Notes under the pieces: model-generated
Seen by the model: only the letters and a program-made list of their open reading frames with translations
The model's database searches: none
What the model was told of the DNA's origin: nothing
Made by a program: the position numbers and the translations under genes
NCBI GenBank assembly: GCA_963826785.1
Contig: CAWGYD010000004.1
Location: forward strand, 64,001-128,000
DNA: 64,000 nt
Origin: an uncultured delta proteobacterium
Lineage (GTDB): Bacteria; Desulfobacterota; Desulfobacteria; Desulfobacterales; Desulfosalsimonadaceae
Reading direction: 5' to 3'
Shown: piece by piece, positions 39,936-50,228 of the stretch
How positions within the stretch are numbered: position 1 is the first letter of the stretch
Layout: each line of letters begins with the position of its first letter

Positions 39936-40670
39936 TTACTCCACCGTCCCCCGGACATTGATGGTTAAATCCGGCCGGATCGGGCTGTCGGTCTGAAGAT
40001 GGATTTTTCCCATGTACTTGACGGGCGCCTGGGCGGTGCTTTTTGCAGTGACGATATATTTCCCTTCCACCTGGCGGATATCGACAACGGATAGCTTGTC
40101 TGCGAGGATATCGTCCACGGATGACCCGTTGATCTTAAACGGATATTGGGGCCGGGGAGTGATGGCGATATCAAAGGTTTCACCGCTTCCAGGAGCGGTC
40201 TTGATCCGCAGCGCCCGGGGATCCATTTCCGCGAATTTTTCCACGTCGCCTTCGATGTATAAATAAAAGACGCCTTTGTCCGGATCATTGCTGGATACCA
40301 GTATCTTTCTGGAAAAATTCTGCCCGCCGTACCCTTTGGTGTCCATGGTAAAAGTGATTTCTCCTTCCTCGCCGGCCGGGATCTCTTTGGGATAAGCCGC
40401 GGTGGTGCATGCGCATCCGGTGATGATGTCCCGAATTTCGAGGGGGAGGCTGCCGGTGTTTTTCACGATGAAGGTATGATCAAACCGGGTTCCGTCCACC
40501 ACCGGGGAAAATTCAAATACCTGCTGGGGGATTTCCGCCACCGGCCGTTTGGCTATTTTTTCGGCCTGCAGATAATCCGGCAGGGGCTGGTCATTTTCAC
40601 CGGCAAATGCCGAGGCCGGAATGATCAGGCAAAAAATCGTCATCCATATTTGAAACGTACGCATTTTCAT
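39936..40670 (-). CDS. Secreted DUF1573 (Ig-like) protein, Cys form (C-A-C)
   Basis: Signal peptide; FIVKNTGSLPLEIRDIITGCACTT...IPAGEEGEI...DTKGYGG...SNDP. Confidence 0.85.
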   Translation of the reverse strand: MKMRTFQIWMTIFCLIIPASAFAGENDQPLPDYLQAEKIAKRPVAEIPQQVFEFSPVVDGTRFDHTFIVKNTGSLPLEIRDIITGCACTTAAYPKEIPAGEEGEITFTMDTKGYGGQNFSRKILVSSNDPDKGVFYLYIEGDVEKFAEMDPRALRIKTAPGSGETFDIAITPRPQYPFKINGSSVDDILADKLSVVDIRQVEGKYIVTAKSTAQAPVKYMGKIHLQTDSPIRPDLTINVRGTVE

Positions 40671-40774
40671 GGTTGCAGATCCTCATTGAAATCAGAATTC
40701 GAGTTTAGGGTCCAAGTCTCAGATCTCTTTTTGCCAAAACCCCGGTTGCGGTACAAGCGCTTTTTACGAGAGGG

Positions 40775-41527
40775 TCATTTTGGGTTTTCGGGTTTTTCTT
40801 CCAGAGGGGAGCGGCGCTGAAAGATCCGTGCGCCGATGATGCTGATTTCATAAAGGATCATCAGGGGAAAAGCCATCATGACCTGGGTCACCACATCCGG
40901 GGGGGTCAGAATTGCGGCAATGACAAAAAACAGCAGGAGGGCGTATTTTCGGTTTTTTTTCAGAAAATCGACGGAGACCAGACCCAGCCGGGCCAGAAAG
41001 GTAATCACCAGGGGCATTTCAAACACCAGGCCGAAAGCGATCAGCAGCTTGGCGGCGAACCCCAGGTATTCCTTCATGGAGGGCAGCGCCCGGATGTTCT
41101 GGGTGGCAAACCCCAGCAGAAACTTGAACCCGTAGGGAAAGACGATGAAATAGCCGAACAGCGCCCCCGCCAGAAAGAAAAAGGAGGAGACGATGACGAT
41201 GGGGAGCATGATCTTGCGCTCCTCCCGATAGAGCCCCGGGGCGACAAACATCCAGAACTGGTAGAGAATCACCGGGACGGCCAGCATAATGCCCGAGAGC
41301 AGGGAAACCTTGAGATAGGTGAAAAAGGCTTCCGGAATGCCGGTGAATATCAGGGTATCCCCCTGCTGAAGCGCCGCCAGAAGCGGCTTCGTCAGCAATT
41401 GGAAAATTTTCTCCTTGAATACATAGGACACCCCGAACCCCACGGCGATGGCGATAAAGCAGCGGATCAGGCGACTGCGAAGCTCTTCCAGATGGGTGGT
41501 AAACGGCAGCTTCTCTTCTTCATGCAT
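40775..41527 (-). CDS. tatC: Twin-arginine translocase subunit TatC
   Basis: [40 protein letters not shown]. Confidence 0.97.
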   Translation of the reverse strand: MHEEEKLPFTTHLEELRSRLIRCFIAIAVGFGVSYVFKEKIFQLLTKPLLAALQQGDTLIFTGIPEAFFTYLKVSLLSGIMLAVPVILYQFWMFVAPGLYREERKIMLPIVIVSSFFFLAGALFGYFIVFPYGFKFLLGFATQNIRALPSMKEYLGFAAKLLIAFGLVFEMPLVITFLARLGLVSVDFLKKNRKYALLLFFVIAAILTPPDVVTQVMMAFPLMILYEISIIGARIFQRRSPLEEKPENPK

Positions 41528-41906
41528 CTGTTTTGTTTTCGCTCTCTTCCTGTTTTCCGCCGTTCTTGTCTTCAGCAGGCGGCTGCGGCTGCGGACCGTC
41601 CGCCTGGGGATGATCCGATTCATAGGGGGTCAGCGGCTGGATTTCGACCTTGTCCGCGGGGCTCTGCTTCCGGGTGGTGGCCTTGAGTGCACCCCGCACA
41701 TCGTCATTGATTTCTGTCAGGTTTTTTTTGATGTCGGACAGGTTGTCATCGATGTCGAGGGAATCCTTGAAATCGCGGGAGGCTTTTTTGAATTCATTCA
41801 ACGCCCGGCCCAGGGACTGGGCCAGGTCAGGCAATTTTTTCGGGCCGATCACGATCAGGGCGACGGCCAATATGACGATCAGTTCGGGCATTCCGATGCC
41901 AAACAT
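41520..41906 (-). CDS. tatB: Twin-arginine translocase TatA/TatB-family subunit
   Basis: [26 protein letters not shown]; 128 aa; directly upstream of tatC. Confidence 0.85.
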   Translation of the reverse strand: MFGIGMPELIVILAVALIVIGPKKLPDLAQSLGRALNEFKKASRDFKDSLDIDDNLSDIKKNLTEINDDVRGALKATTRKQSPADKVEIQPLTPYESDHPQADGPQPQPPAEDKNGGKQEESENKTDA

Positions 41907-41930
41907 GAAATTTAACTCCTTGGGAAAAAA

Positions 41931-42437
41931 TTAAATGCTGCAGACATGAGCAACAATATGACCGGCTTCGGGAAAAATCAAGGCCTTGCAGGCGAGTTTG
42001 CACGCATTCAGACTGCCCGGCAGGCAAAAAACCGCACTCTTTCCGATCACACCGGCAACTGCCCGTGAAAGCAGGGCCGCAGAAGCGATTTCGGAGTAGC
42101 TGAGTTGTGTGAACAGCACCGCAAAAGCAGTCATCTCCTTTTCAAACAGCGGCCGGATGGATTCGATGGTGACGTCCTGCGGCGTCAGTCCGGTGCCGCC
42201 GGTGGTGATCAGCAGATGGGGGGAATGGGTGCCGACGGTCTTTTTGACCAGATCTGCAATCTGGGGCCGGTCATCGGATACGACCTGGTGTAGCACCACC
42301 ATATGGCCTTCTGCTTCCGCCTGCTGCCGCATCCAGGCTCCGCTCTGGTCATCGGCCAGGGTGCGGGTGGATGAAACCGTGATGATGGCCACTCTCAGCT
42401 GCCTGGGAGCGTCTTTGACGTGTTCTTTCCGGCCCAT
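41931..42437 (-). CDS. moaB: MoaB/MogA molybdenum cofactor biosynthesis protein
   Basis: IITVSSTR, DQSG, TTGGTG, DVTIE, LSRA, FCLPGS. Confidence 0.9.
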   Translation of the reverse strand: MGRKEHVKDAPRQLRVAIITVSSTRTLADDQSGAWMRQQAEAEGHMVVLHQVVSDDRPQIADLVKKTVGTHSPHLLITTGGTGLTPQDVTIESIRPLFEKEMTAFAVLFTQLSYSEIASAALLSRAVAGVIGKSAVFCLPGSLNACKLACKALIFPEAGHIVAHVCSI

Positions 42438-42443
42438 GATCGC

Positions 42444-42986
42444 CTACCCGGTGATGAGATCGACCCGGTCGATGCCGTCGCTTTCCGTGAGCAGCACGTT
42501 AACGGCCTGGTCCGGTCGGGTATCGATGGTCTTTCCGGCATAATTGGCCTGGATGGGAAGCTCCCGGTGGCCCCGGTCGATGAGCACGGCCAATTCGATC
42601 CGGGCGGGGCGCCCGAAATCCATGATTGCATCCATGGCGGCCCGGATGGTCCTTCCGGTAAACAGCACATCATCAATCAGGATGATCTGCATGTCATTGA
42701 GGTTAAATGAGATGTCCGTGGCTTTCACAACGGGCTGCTGGGCCACCCGGGTCCAGTCATCCCGGTATAAATTGATATCCACGGCGCCTGCGGGAAGTTC
42801 GGTTCCGGTTTGATGCAATATCATCTCCCGGATGCGCCGGGCCAGGTAAACCCCCCGGGTGTGGATGCCGATCAGGGCCAGATCGTCTATATCCCTGTGC
42901 GATTTGATAATATCATCTGTGATCCGCTTCAGAATCCCGCCCATGTCCGGTGCCTCCAGAAGAGGGATGCGGTCGCCCATTTTCAT
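42444..42986 (-). CDS. pyrR: PyrR pyrimidine regulator/uracil phosphoribosyltransferase
   Basis: GIHTRG, DINLYRDD, LIDDVLFTGRTIRAA, DRGHRELPI. Confidence 0.95.
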   Translation of the reverse strand: MKMGDRIPLLEAPDMGGILKRITDDIIKSHRDIDDLALIGIHTRGVYLARRIREMILHQTGTELPAGAVDINLYRDDWTRVAQQPVVKATDISFNLNDMQIILIDDVLFTGRTIRAAMDAIMDFGRPARIELAVLIDRGHRELPIQANYAGKTIDTRPDQAVNVLLTESDGIDRVDLITG

Positions 42987-43278
42987 TTCCTTGTTGGGTT
43001 TAAAATGTAAAAAAACAGCCGACAGTCTACCCCGGAAGGTGGCCAAGATCAAGTTTTTAAAAAATATGACCCGGGAGAGACATTGCCCTCTGGTCGGAAG
43101 GCCGATGATGATATTCCGGAAGTCGGCCCTATCCATTGCGGTCGCGATGGTTGCTGTCGCGAGTGGGCATTGACTTCTCATCGATTATTTTTTAATGTCG
43201 GGGTGATGCGGAGATTGGGTGTACTTTCCATTTATTGCGTCATGCAAGAAAAATGGTCGAATGAGGCGGTCGGCACTT

Positions 43279-43890
43279 ATGCAAACCAGGGATGTTTCCT
43301 GCAGCGGCGTTATCCTGGCCGGGGGGTTGAGCACCCGCTTTTCCGGCAGGAACAAGGCTTTTCTGGAAATCGACGGTGTTCGGATCATCGACCGGATCTA
43401 TTCGGTCTTTGCCGCCATATTCGACGAAATCATCATGGTGACCAATGACCCGGTCAGCTACCTGGAATACAATGCCCATATCGCCTCAGACATTCATGAC
43501 ATCCGCAGTTCCCTCACCGGCATTCACACCGGCCTGTTTTACGCAAGCCATCCCTTTATTTTTGTCACTGCCTGCGACACCCCGTTTTTAAAATCTGAAA
43601 TGGTGAAAACCGTCATAGGCGAGATCGAACCGGACGCGGGGGTGGTGATTCCGGAAACATCTGCCGGCCTGGAGCCCATGTGCGCGGCGTATTCCCGAAA
43701 GTGTCTTTCCCTGATGGACCGGCATATCCGGGAAGAAAAATTGAAAATTCAGATGGTGATGCGAAAAACCCGGGTGAAAAAAATCGGGGAAAAGACGCTT
43801 CGGTCGGCCGACCCGGAACTGCTTTCCTTTTTTAACATCAATACCGCTGAGCATCTGGCACAGGCACGCTCCCTGAGCAAGGGGAAATAG
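43279..43890 (+). CDS. mobA: Molybdenum cofactor guanylyltransferase
   Basis: VILAGGLSTRFSGRNKA, ACDTP, EPMCAAY, FFNINT. Confidence 0.93.
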   Translation: MQTRDVSCSGVILAGGLSTRFSGRNKAFLEIDGVRIIDRIYSVFAAIFDEIIMVTNDPVSYLEYNAHIASDIHDIRSSLTGIHTGLFYASHPFIFVTACDTPFLKSEMVKTVIGEIEPDAGVVIPETSAGLEPMCAAYSRKCLSLMDRHIREEKLKIQMVMRKTRVKKIGEKTLRSADPELLSFFNINTAEHLAQARSLSKGK

Positions 43891-43932
43891 GGGAGGTGCC
43901 GAAGGATTGCGGTCACATTCAGGAGCAAAAAA

Positions 43933-44298
43933 ATGAATATCAATGGCTACATTACTCAGGTAAAGCAGCACCCCGATTTTCACAAGGCCGGAATGGTTCT
44001 GTGCCATAACGGGGTCGTCCGGGGCACTTCCCGGGATGGAAGACCCGTTTCCGGGCTGATGGTGTCGGTGGACCACGACCGGCTCGCCCGGATCATCGAG
44101 AAAGAAAAACAGTCTGAAGGGATTGTCGAGATTGTCATCCACATCGCGGAAGGCCGCCGCCTGGCGGTGGGAGAGGACGTGATGGTCATCGTGGTGGCCG
44201 GCGATATCCGGGATCATGTGATCCGGGTGCTGGAGCGTACCTTAAATGCGGTCAAGCAGACGGTGACCACCAAGACCGAATTTTTCGAAGGGGAATGA
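43933..44298 (+). CDS. moaE: Molybdopterin synthase catalytic subunit MoaE-like
   Basis: AGMVLCHNGVVR, VAGDIR, KTE; lies between mobA and moaC. Confidence 0.85.
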   Translation: MNINGYITQVKQHPDFHKAGMVLCHNGVVRGTSRDGRPVSGLMVSVDHDRLARIIEKEKQSEGIVEIVIHIAEGRRLAVGEDVMVIVVAGDIRDHVIRVLERTLNAVKQTVTTKTEFFEGE

Positions 44299-44798
44299 GC
44301 ATGGCCGATGAATTGACCCACCTGGATGAAAAGGGGCGGGTGCAGATGGTGAATGTTTCGGAAAAACCATCCACTTGCCGCCGGGCGGTGGCCCGGGCGG
44401 TGGTTTCCATGAAACCGGCCACATTTGCGCGGATCATGGAAAACGACATCAAGAAGGGCAATGTACTGGAGACCGCCCGAATCGCCGGCATCATGGCGGC
44501 AAAGAGGACACCGGACCTGATTCCCCTGTGCCATCCCTTGAATATTTCCCATGTGGCGGTGGAGTTTTTCCCGGATGCGGATCGATGCCGGATCGAAATT
44601 CGCGCCACGGCGGAGATCTTCGACCGCACCGGGGTGGAGATGGAAGCGCTGACCGCAGTTTCTGTCGCCGGACTGACCATCTACGACATGTGCAAGGCGG
44701 TGGACAGGGAAATGGTGATCTCCGGCATCTGTCTGCTGGAAAAGTCCGGCGGCAGGAGCGGGACTTTTGTGCGCAACCCGGCCGACCCCGAACGATAA
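44295..44798 (+). CDS. moaC: Cyclic pyranopterin monophosphate synthase MoaC
   Basis: LTHLD...MVNVSEK, LIPLCH, TGVEMEAL, IYDMCKA, KSGG. Confidence 0.97.
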   Translation: MSMADELTHLDEKGRVQMVNVSEKPSTCRRAVARAVVSMKPATFARIMENDIKKGNVLETARIAGIMAAKRTPDLIPLCHPLNISHVAVEFFPDADRCRIEIRATAEIFDRTGVEMEALTAVSVAGLTIYDMCKAVDREMVISGICLLEKSGGRSGTFVRNPADPER

Positions 44799-44897
44799 AC
44801 CAGCGATGACCGTCCAGCCGCCATTTAATATTGAGGGACATGAGCAATTGCACAGCAGAAACACCAATGATTCATTGAAGCGCGGAGCCCCGAAATC

Positions 44898-46418
44898 ATG
44901 TCCGAACCCCTGATGCTCTATGGCCTGATCGCCGCCGGAACCGCTGCCGGTTTTTTGGCCGGCTGGATCATTACCCGGGCGGTTCTGCGCCGCCGCCTGG
45001 CCTCTTATGCATCCGTCAATGACCGGCTGGCAGGTGACCTGGAGCGGGCCGGGGCGGAGAAGGATTCCCTGAAAGCCACCCTGGAGCAGTACCACCAGGA
45101 ACTCCAGGCAGCCGACCGAAGGTACCTGGAATTGTCAAACGCCCATGCGGCATCTGAAAACAGCCTGGAACAGATGCAGGCCCTGAAAACGGACCTGGCG
45201 GCGAAAACCGCTGAGGTGCGAACGCTACTGGAGACGGTGTCGGAATTAAAGCAGCGCCAGGCCGAGCTGGCGTGCCGCATGGAGAGCGAACGGGAGGCCG
45301 CCCGGGAAAAGGCGGTTTGGTTCGAGGAAATGCGGGCGCGGATGATCGAGACATTTACGGCATTGTCCGGCCGGGTGCTGCAGGAAAACAACCAGGCATT
45401 TCTGGACCTGGCGGGTCAGACGTTTTCCGGATATGTGGCGGCGGCCAGAACCGATTTTGAAGGGAGGGAAAAGGCGGTCCGGGAAATGGTGAAACCGGTG
45501 GCACAAGTCCTGGAAAAGTACGATCAGCAGGTCCGGTCCATGGAAAAGGCCCGTGAAAAGGCCTATGGCGAACTGACCCAGCAGGTCCTGGCCCTGTCCC
45601 ATACCCAGAACGAACTGCAGCGGGAGACCGGAAAGCTGGTCAATGCCCTGCGCATGCCCCATGTCCGGGGCCGCTGGGGGGAAATCACCCTGCGCCGGGT
45701 GGTGGAAATATCGGGCATGCAGAACCGGTGCGATTTTTTCGAACAGCCCACGGAAAAGGACGGTCAGAACACCGTTCGGCCGGACATGATCATCCAGCTG
45801 CCGGGGGATCGGCGCATCATCGTCGATTCCAAGGTGCCCATCACCGCTTACCTGGATTCTCTGGAGGCCCCGTCCAGGGACGGCACGGAGGAGATGCTGG
45901 AACGGCATGCCCGGCACGTGCAGACCCATGTTCAGAAACTGGCCCAGAAGGAATACTGGACCCAGTTTGCGCCCACCCCGGAATTCGTGATCCTGTTCAT
46001 GCCCGGGGAAAATTTTTTCAGCGCGGCCCTGGGGAAAATGCCCGGGCTGATCGAAGAGGCGGCCGGAAAAGGGGTGATCCTGGCCACGCCCACCACCCTG
46101 ATCTCCCTGCTCAAGGCCGTATCCTACGGATGGAAGCAGACGGCGGCGGCCGATAATGCCAGGGCGGTGTCTACGCTGGGAAATGAACTCTACAATCGTC
46201 TGGCATCACTCGTGGATCATTTGAACAGCCTGGGTCGGGACCTGGAGAAATGCGTCTCCACTTTCAACCAGACCGTGGGTTCGCTGGAACGGCGGGTGCT
46301 GCCGTCCGCACGGAAATTCGAGGAGATGGGGGTGACGGTCAAGGGCGGAAAAACGCTCATCGCGCTTTCACCGGTGGAAAACAAGCCCCGCCGGATGGTC
46401 GTGGAAGAGGACGCATGA
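44898..46418 (+). CDS. rmuC: DNA recombination protein RmuC
   Basis: N-terminal TM and coiled coil, RGRWGE, RPDMII, IVDSKVP, LATPTTL. Confidence 0.93.
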   Translation: MSEPLMLYGLIAAGTAAGFLAGWIITRAVLRRRLASYASVNDRLAGDLERAGAEKDSLKATLEQYHQELQAADRRYLELSNAHAASENSLEQMQALKTDLAAKTAEVRTLLETVSELKQRQAELACRMESEREAAREKAVWFEEMRARMIETFTALSGRVLQENNQAFLDLAGQTFSGYVAAARTDFEGREKAVREMVKPVAQVLEKYDQQVRSMEKAREKAYGELTQQVLALSHTQNELQRETGKLVNALRMPHVRGRWGEITLRRVVEISGMQNRCDFFEQPTEKDGQNTVRPDMIIQLPGDRRIIVDSKVPITAYLDSLEAPSRDGTEEMLERHARHVQTHVQKLAQKEYWTQFAPTPEFVILFMPGENFFSAALGKMPGLIEEAAGKGVILATPTTLISLLKAVSYGWKQTAAADNARAVSTLGNELYNRLASLVDHLNSLGRDLEKCVSTFNQTVGSLERRVLPSARKFEEMGVTVKGGKTLIALSPVENKPRRMVVEEDA

Positions 46419-47638
46419 GCCGATCTGCATTTTCTGAAGCGCAGAACCCTTTTGATACTCGCGGCAGCTGCATGGGTTCTGTTTTTGCTGACCCCGGGCG
46501 ATGATATCGCGCTTGCCGAAGGCGGGCATGCATCCCTGGTGCGGATGGATGAGGCCGATATTCCCGTGTTCGTCGATGATTTGATGTACCAGCACCTGAC
46601 CGATTGTATCGACGGAAGCATTTCTTATTTCAAAAAGCTGCCGGAACAGACCCGTATCCTGTACGGGCGGGATGCGTACACGGCGGCTCACATGGTAAAA
46701 TCCCTTGAATGCTTTGCCGAATTTATCCGCACCGGCCCCGCCCCCCTGCCGCTGAGCGATTTTATCCGCAGGAATTACCGGGTCTATGTATTTTCAGAAG
46801 ACGATGCCGGCGTCCCCGTGCTGTTTACCGGCTATTACCTGCCGCAGCTTGCGGGCAGTCTTCTGCGCACGGACAGATTCTGCCATCCCGTGTACGGCCG
46901 GCCCCAAGACCTGGTCGTGATCCCGCAGCCGGATCTTTCGAGTGCCGGCAAAGACCGCGAAACCATCGGCCGGAAAGTCGGCAGCCAGGTGGTCCCCTAT
47001 TACACCCGCCGGGAAATCGAGGAGGGAAGGGGGGCTGAGACACTGAGGCCCATTGTGTGGGTGGATGATCCTGTGGATCTGTTTTTCCTGCACATCCAGG
47101 GATCGGGTTCGGTCCGGCTGCCGGGGGGCGATCTGTTACATCTTCATTTTGACACCACCAATGGTCAACCCTACCGCAGCATCGGCAAGTACCTGATCGA
47201 AAATGGAAAAATGAAAAAGGAACAGGTCTCCATGCAGTCCCTTCGGGCGTATTTGAAAGCACATCCGGAGGAGATGAACGACATCTTCAACTCCAATGAC
47301 CGTTACGTCTTTTTTAAGAACTTCAGACCGGGGGGCCGTGGGATGTTACGACATCGAACTCACCCCGGGGCGGTCTCTTCGCCGCCGACCGCCGCATCTG
47401 TCCGCCGGCCGGGCTGGTCTACATGGAAGCGCAGAAGCCGGTAAATGCGCCCGAAGGCAGAAAACCCGAGTGGATCGATTGCTCGCGGTTCATGGCCAAC
47501 CAGGATACGGGCAGCGCCATCACCGGTCCCGGCCGGGCGGATATCTTCTGGGGAAGCGGCCCCTATGCGGAAATGGCCGCCGGCTATATGAAACATCCCG
47601 GCCGCCTGTTTTTCCTGGTGCTGAAGCCGGAGGAGTAA
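46415..47638 (+). pseudogene. mltA: Membrane-bound lytic murein transglycosylase MltA with three apparent +1 indels (~46431, ~47315, ~47379); assembly errors or true pseudogene
   Basis: ATGA overlap with the rmuC stop; FTGYY, FFLHIQGSG, NGQPYRSIG, RYVFF; then GAVG...LTPGRSL and QDTGSAI...RADIFWG in successive frames. Confidence 0.8.
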
Positions 47639-47706
47639 AGAAATCGTTCACGTGCACAGATCCTTTGTGGCGGTACAATCTTTTTTGAATTGCCGAACGG
47701 AAAAGC

Positions 47707-48834
47707 CTATCTGCTTCTGTTGAAAAACAGCAGCACGCCCCCTGCACAGGCAAGCCCCGAACTGAACAGAAACAGGGGCCCCGCGCCGACCTTGTCGAAA
47801 AAATATCCGTTGATCAGAAATCCCGCCATGATGCCGAATCCGTAGGTCACCGCGTTGTTCACCGACTGGCCCAGGGTTTTGGCCTCTTTCGGGGTCAGCT
47901 GGTCGATGTAGAGGATGCTGGCCATGTGAAAGGCGCCATAGGAGAAGGCGTGCAGCATCTGGGAGGCGATGATCGGCACGGGAGAGGAGACGAAGAAAAG
48001 GATCAGCCATCGCAGAGCGGCCGCCATGAATGCGCCGATAAGCACATGCTCATAAGAAAACCGCGCAAAGAGCGGCTTTGAAAACATCATCACCCCGATT
48101 TCCGCCGCCGAAGCCAGCGCCCAGGTCACGCCGATGAAGGTGGACGAAAACCCCAGGTTGTCCAGGTGGATGGAAAAAAAACCATAATAGGTGCCGTGGC
48201 TGGCCAGCATCAGAAAGGCGCAGAACAGAAAGACGAACACCCGGCGATTGGCCAGGGTTTTCACGCCGGCGGAAAACGGGGATTTTCGGGTCGTTCGAAC
48301 ATGTGGAATTTTCAGGGACACGGCCGACTGGACCAGTGATCCGGCCAGGATCAGGACGATGATGACGCTGACGCTGTAATAATCAATGATGCGTCCCACC
48401 GCCACCACGGTGAGGATAAACCCGATGGAACCCCATGCCCGAAGCTTTCCGTAGCCGGTCTTTTCCGTGTCCAGCAGGTCCATGGAAAACGATTCCAGAA
48501 AGGCGATGACGGGCGCGAAAAAGATGCCGTAAACGGCGGTGATCACAAGCATCGCCTCAAAATCGGTGGTAAGCAGGTAAGACGCCCAGAGGGCTGCGCT
48601 GATGAAGCTGCAAAAGATGTAGATGGGTCTGCGGATCAGGTATTTATCCGCAAGCGCCCCCCACGCCAGGGGAAACAGGGCCGTGGCCAGTGTCCGCACC
48701 GAGGCGAGCACGCCGATCTGGAAACCCGAAAAATTCAGATGGTAACAGTACAGGTTGAAATAGGGCAGAAAGATGCCCAGTACGGAAAAATAAAGAAAAT
48801 ACTGGGAACTGAGGATCAGGCGGACCGGTTTCAT
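47707..48834 (-). CDS. MFS transporter (HcaT/MFS_1-like)
   Basis: YFLYF...FLPYF, WGALADK, YGKLRAWGSIGF, HAFSYG; about 12 TM helices. Confidence 0.9.
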   Translation of the reverse strand: MKPVRLILSSQYFLYFSVLGIFLPYFNLYCYHLNFSGFQIGVLASVRTLATALFPLAWGALADKYLIRRPIYIFCSFISAALWASYLLTTDFEAMLVITAVYGIFFAPVIAFLESFSMDLLDTEKTGYGKLRAWGSIGFILTVVAVGRIIDYYSVSVIIVLILAGSLVQSAVSLKIPHVRTTRKSPFSAGVKTLANRRVFVFLFCAFLMLASHGTYYGFFSIHLDNLGFSSTFIGVTWALASAAEIGVMMFSKPLFARFSYEHVLIGAFMAAALRWLILFFVSSPVPIIASQMLHAFSYGAFHMASILYIDQLTPKEAKTLGQSVNNAVTYGFGIMAGFLINGYFFDKVGAGPLFLFSSGLACAGGVLLFFNRSR

Positions 48835-48847
48835 ATCGCCCAGCGGC

Positions 48848-49915
48848 TCACTCCTGGGGAGGCATTGCCGGCAGGGTGGTCCGTGAAGGATTGACGCCCA
48901 GCATGACGGAGATCCAGCGGGTCTCTTCGTTGCTCTCCAGCGCAATTTTGATGATCATGGTCAGCGGCACGGACAGGAGCATTCCCACCGGCCCCAGCAC
49001 CCATCCCCAGAACACCAGGGACAGGAAAACCACCAGTGTGGACAGTCCCAGTCCGCCTCCCATGAACCGGGGTTCAAGGATGGTGCCGAATACGATGTTC
49101 ACCCCTAAAAATCCGGCGGTGGCCAGCAGCGCATGCAGCAGTCCCAATTGCACCAGGGCCAGCAATACCGCCGGAACCGCCGCCAGGATCGACCCGATGT
49201 TGGGAATGTAATTGAGCAGAAACGCCAGCAATCCCCACAGGAGGGCAAAATCAACTCCCAGAATGGCCAGCCAGGCAAACACGGCCAGCCCGGTGAGCAG
49301 GCTGAAAATCGTCTTTAATGCCATGTACCGGTTGACGCTTTCCATGAACCGGCTGAAGCCGGAAAGTGATTTTTCCGGCGATTTGAGGGCGCTTCGGATC
49401 TTGTTGGGAAAACCGGCCGCTTCCAGCAGGATGAAGATGACCGTCAGCAGGATCAAAAAGGCGTTGGTCAGCGCGCCGCTGAGCCCCGTGAGGGTTTTGG
49501 CCGCCATCTGCATGGCGATGCTCGGGTTTAAGGTTTTGCGCAGCATTTCATCGGTGATCTCGATTCCCATCCGGGCCAGCCATTTCTGAAAACTGGCCGA
49601 CTGAACGATGAGCATTTCCCGATAGGTGGGAATTGAATTGGTAAAATCGTCCACGCTGCTTCCGACGAACCGGGCAATTCCGTACCCGATGGCGACCATG
49701 CAGGCGATGATAAAAATGATGGCCACGATGCCGGGCACGCCTTTGCGCTGAAGCCAGAAAAGCGGCGGGGTGAATATGATGGCGATGAAGACGGACAGCA
49801 GAAAAGGGATCAGCAGATCGGCCGCATTTTTCATCCCCGCGACGATGACCACAAAACATGCCGCCGCAATCAGAAAGGTGACGCCCTGGGATAAGCCGGT
49901 GGTGTTTTGTTCCAT
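48848..49915 (-). CDS. AI-2E family transporter
   Basis: PFLLSVF, LNYIPNIGS, EPRFMG, FWGWVLGPVGMLLSVPLT. Confidence 0.93.
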   Translation of the reverse strand: MEQNTTGLSQGVTFLIAAACFVVIVAGMKNAADLLIPFLLSVFIAIIFTPPLFWLQRKGVPGIVAIIFIIACMVAIGYGIARFVGSSVDDFTNSIPTYREMLIVQSASFQKWLARMGIEITDEMLRKTLNPSIAMQMAAKTLTGLSGALTNAFLILLTVIFILLEAAGFPNKIRSALKSPEKSLSGFSRFMESVNRYMALKTIFSLLTGLAVFAWLAILGVDFALLWGLLAFLLNYIPNIGSILAAVPAVLLALVQLGLLHALLATAGFLGVNIVFGTILEPRFMGGGLGLSTLVVFLSLVFWGWVLGPVGMLLSVPLTMIIKIALESNEETRWISVMLGVNPSRTTLPAMPPQE

Positions 49916-50228
49916 CCTGTTTTCCAATCGTGTGCGTGTTTCGTTTTATGATCTTGAAATATTGCGCCTGAAATGCCTGAAACGAAAAATCATGGATTTT
50001 GGGCTTTGAGACCAGGGCCGTCATTATGGGCCATAGATCCGCTTTGCCTTCAGATAGTTAATATCAGAAGCGATCTCCCCGCGCAAGCCCCATGACGCCC
50101 GGAGTTATTCACTTGACAGAAAACCCGATATCCCTTATGTGTTCAGGAAATTGTGCAAAGGGCGTTCGGCAGAGGCGCGCCGTTCTCCTGCATATGGTAA
50201 AATTTCAACAACATCGAAGAGGTATGGT

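Noticed and set aside
42987..43200. PyrR-binding attenuator upstream of pyrR
   Set aside because: A U tract is present, but there is no convincing AGUCCAGAGAGGCU-type loop or strong stem
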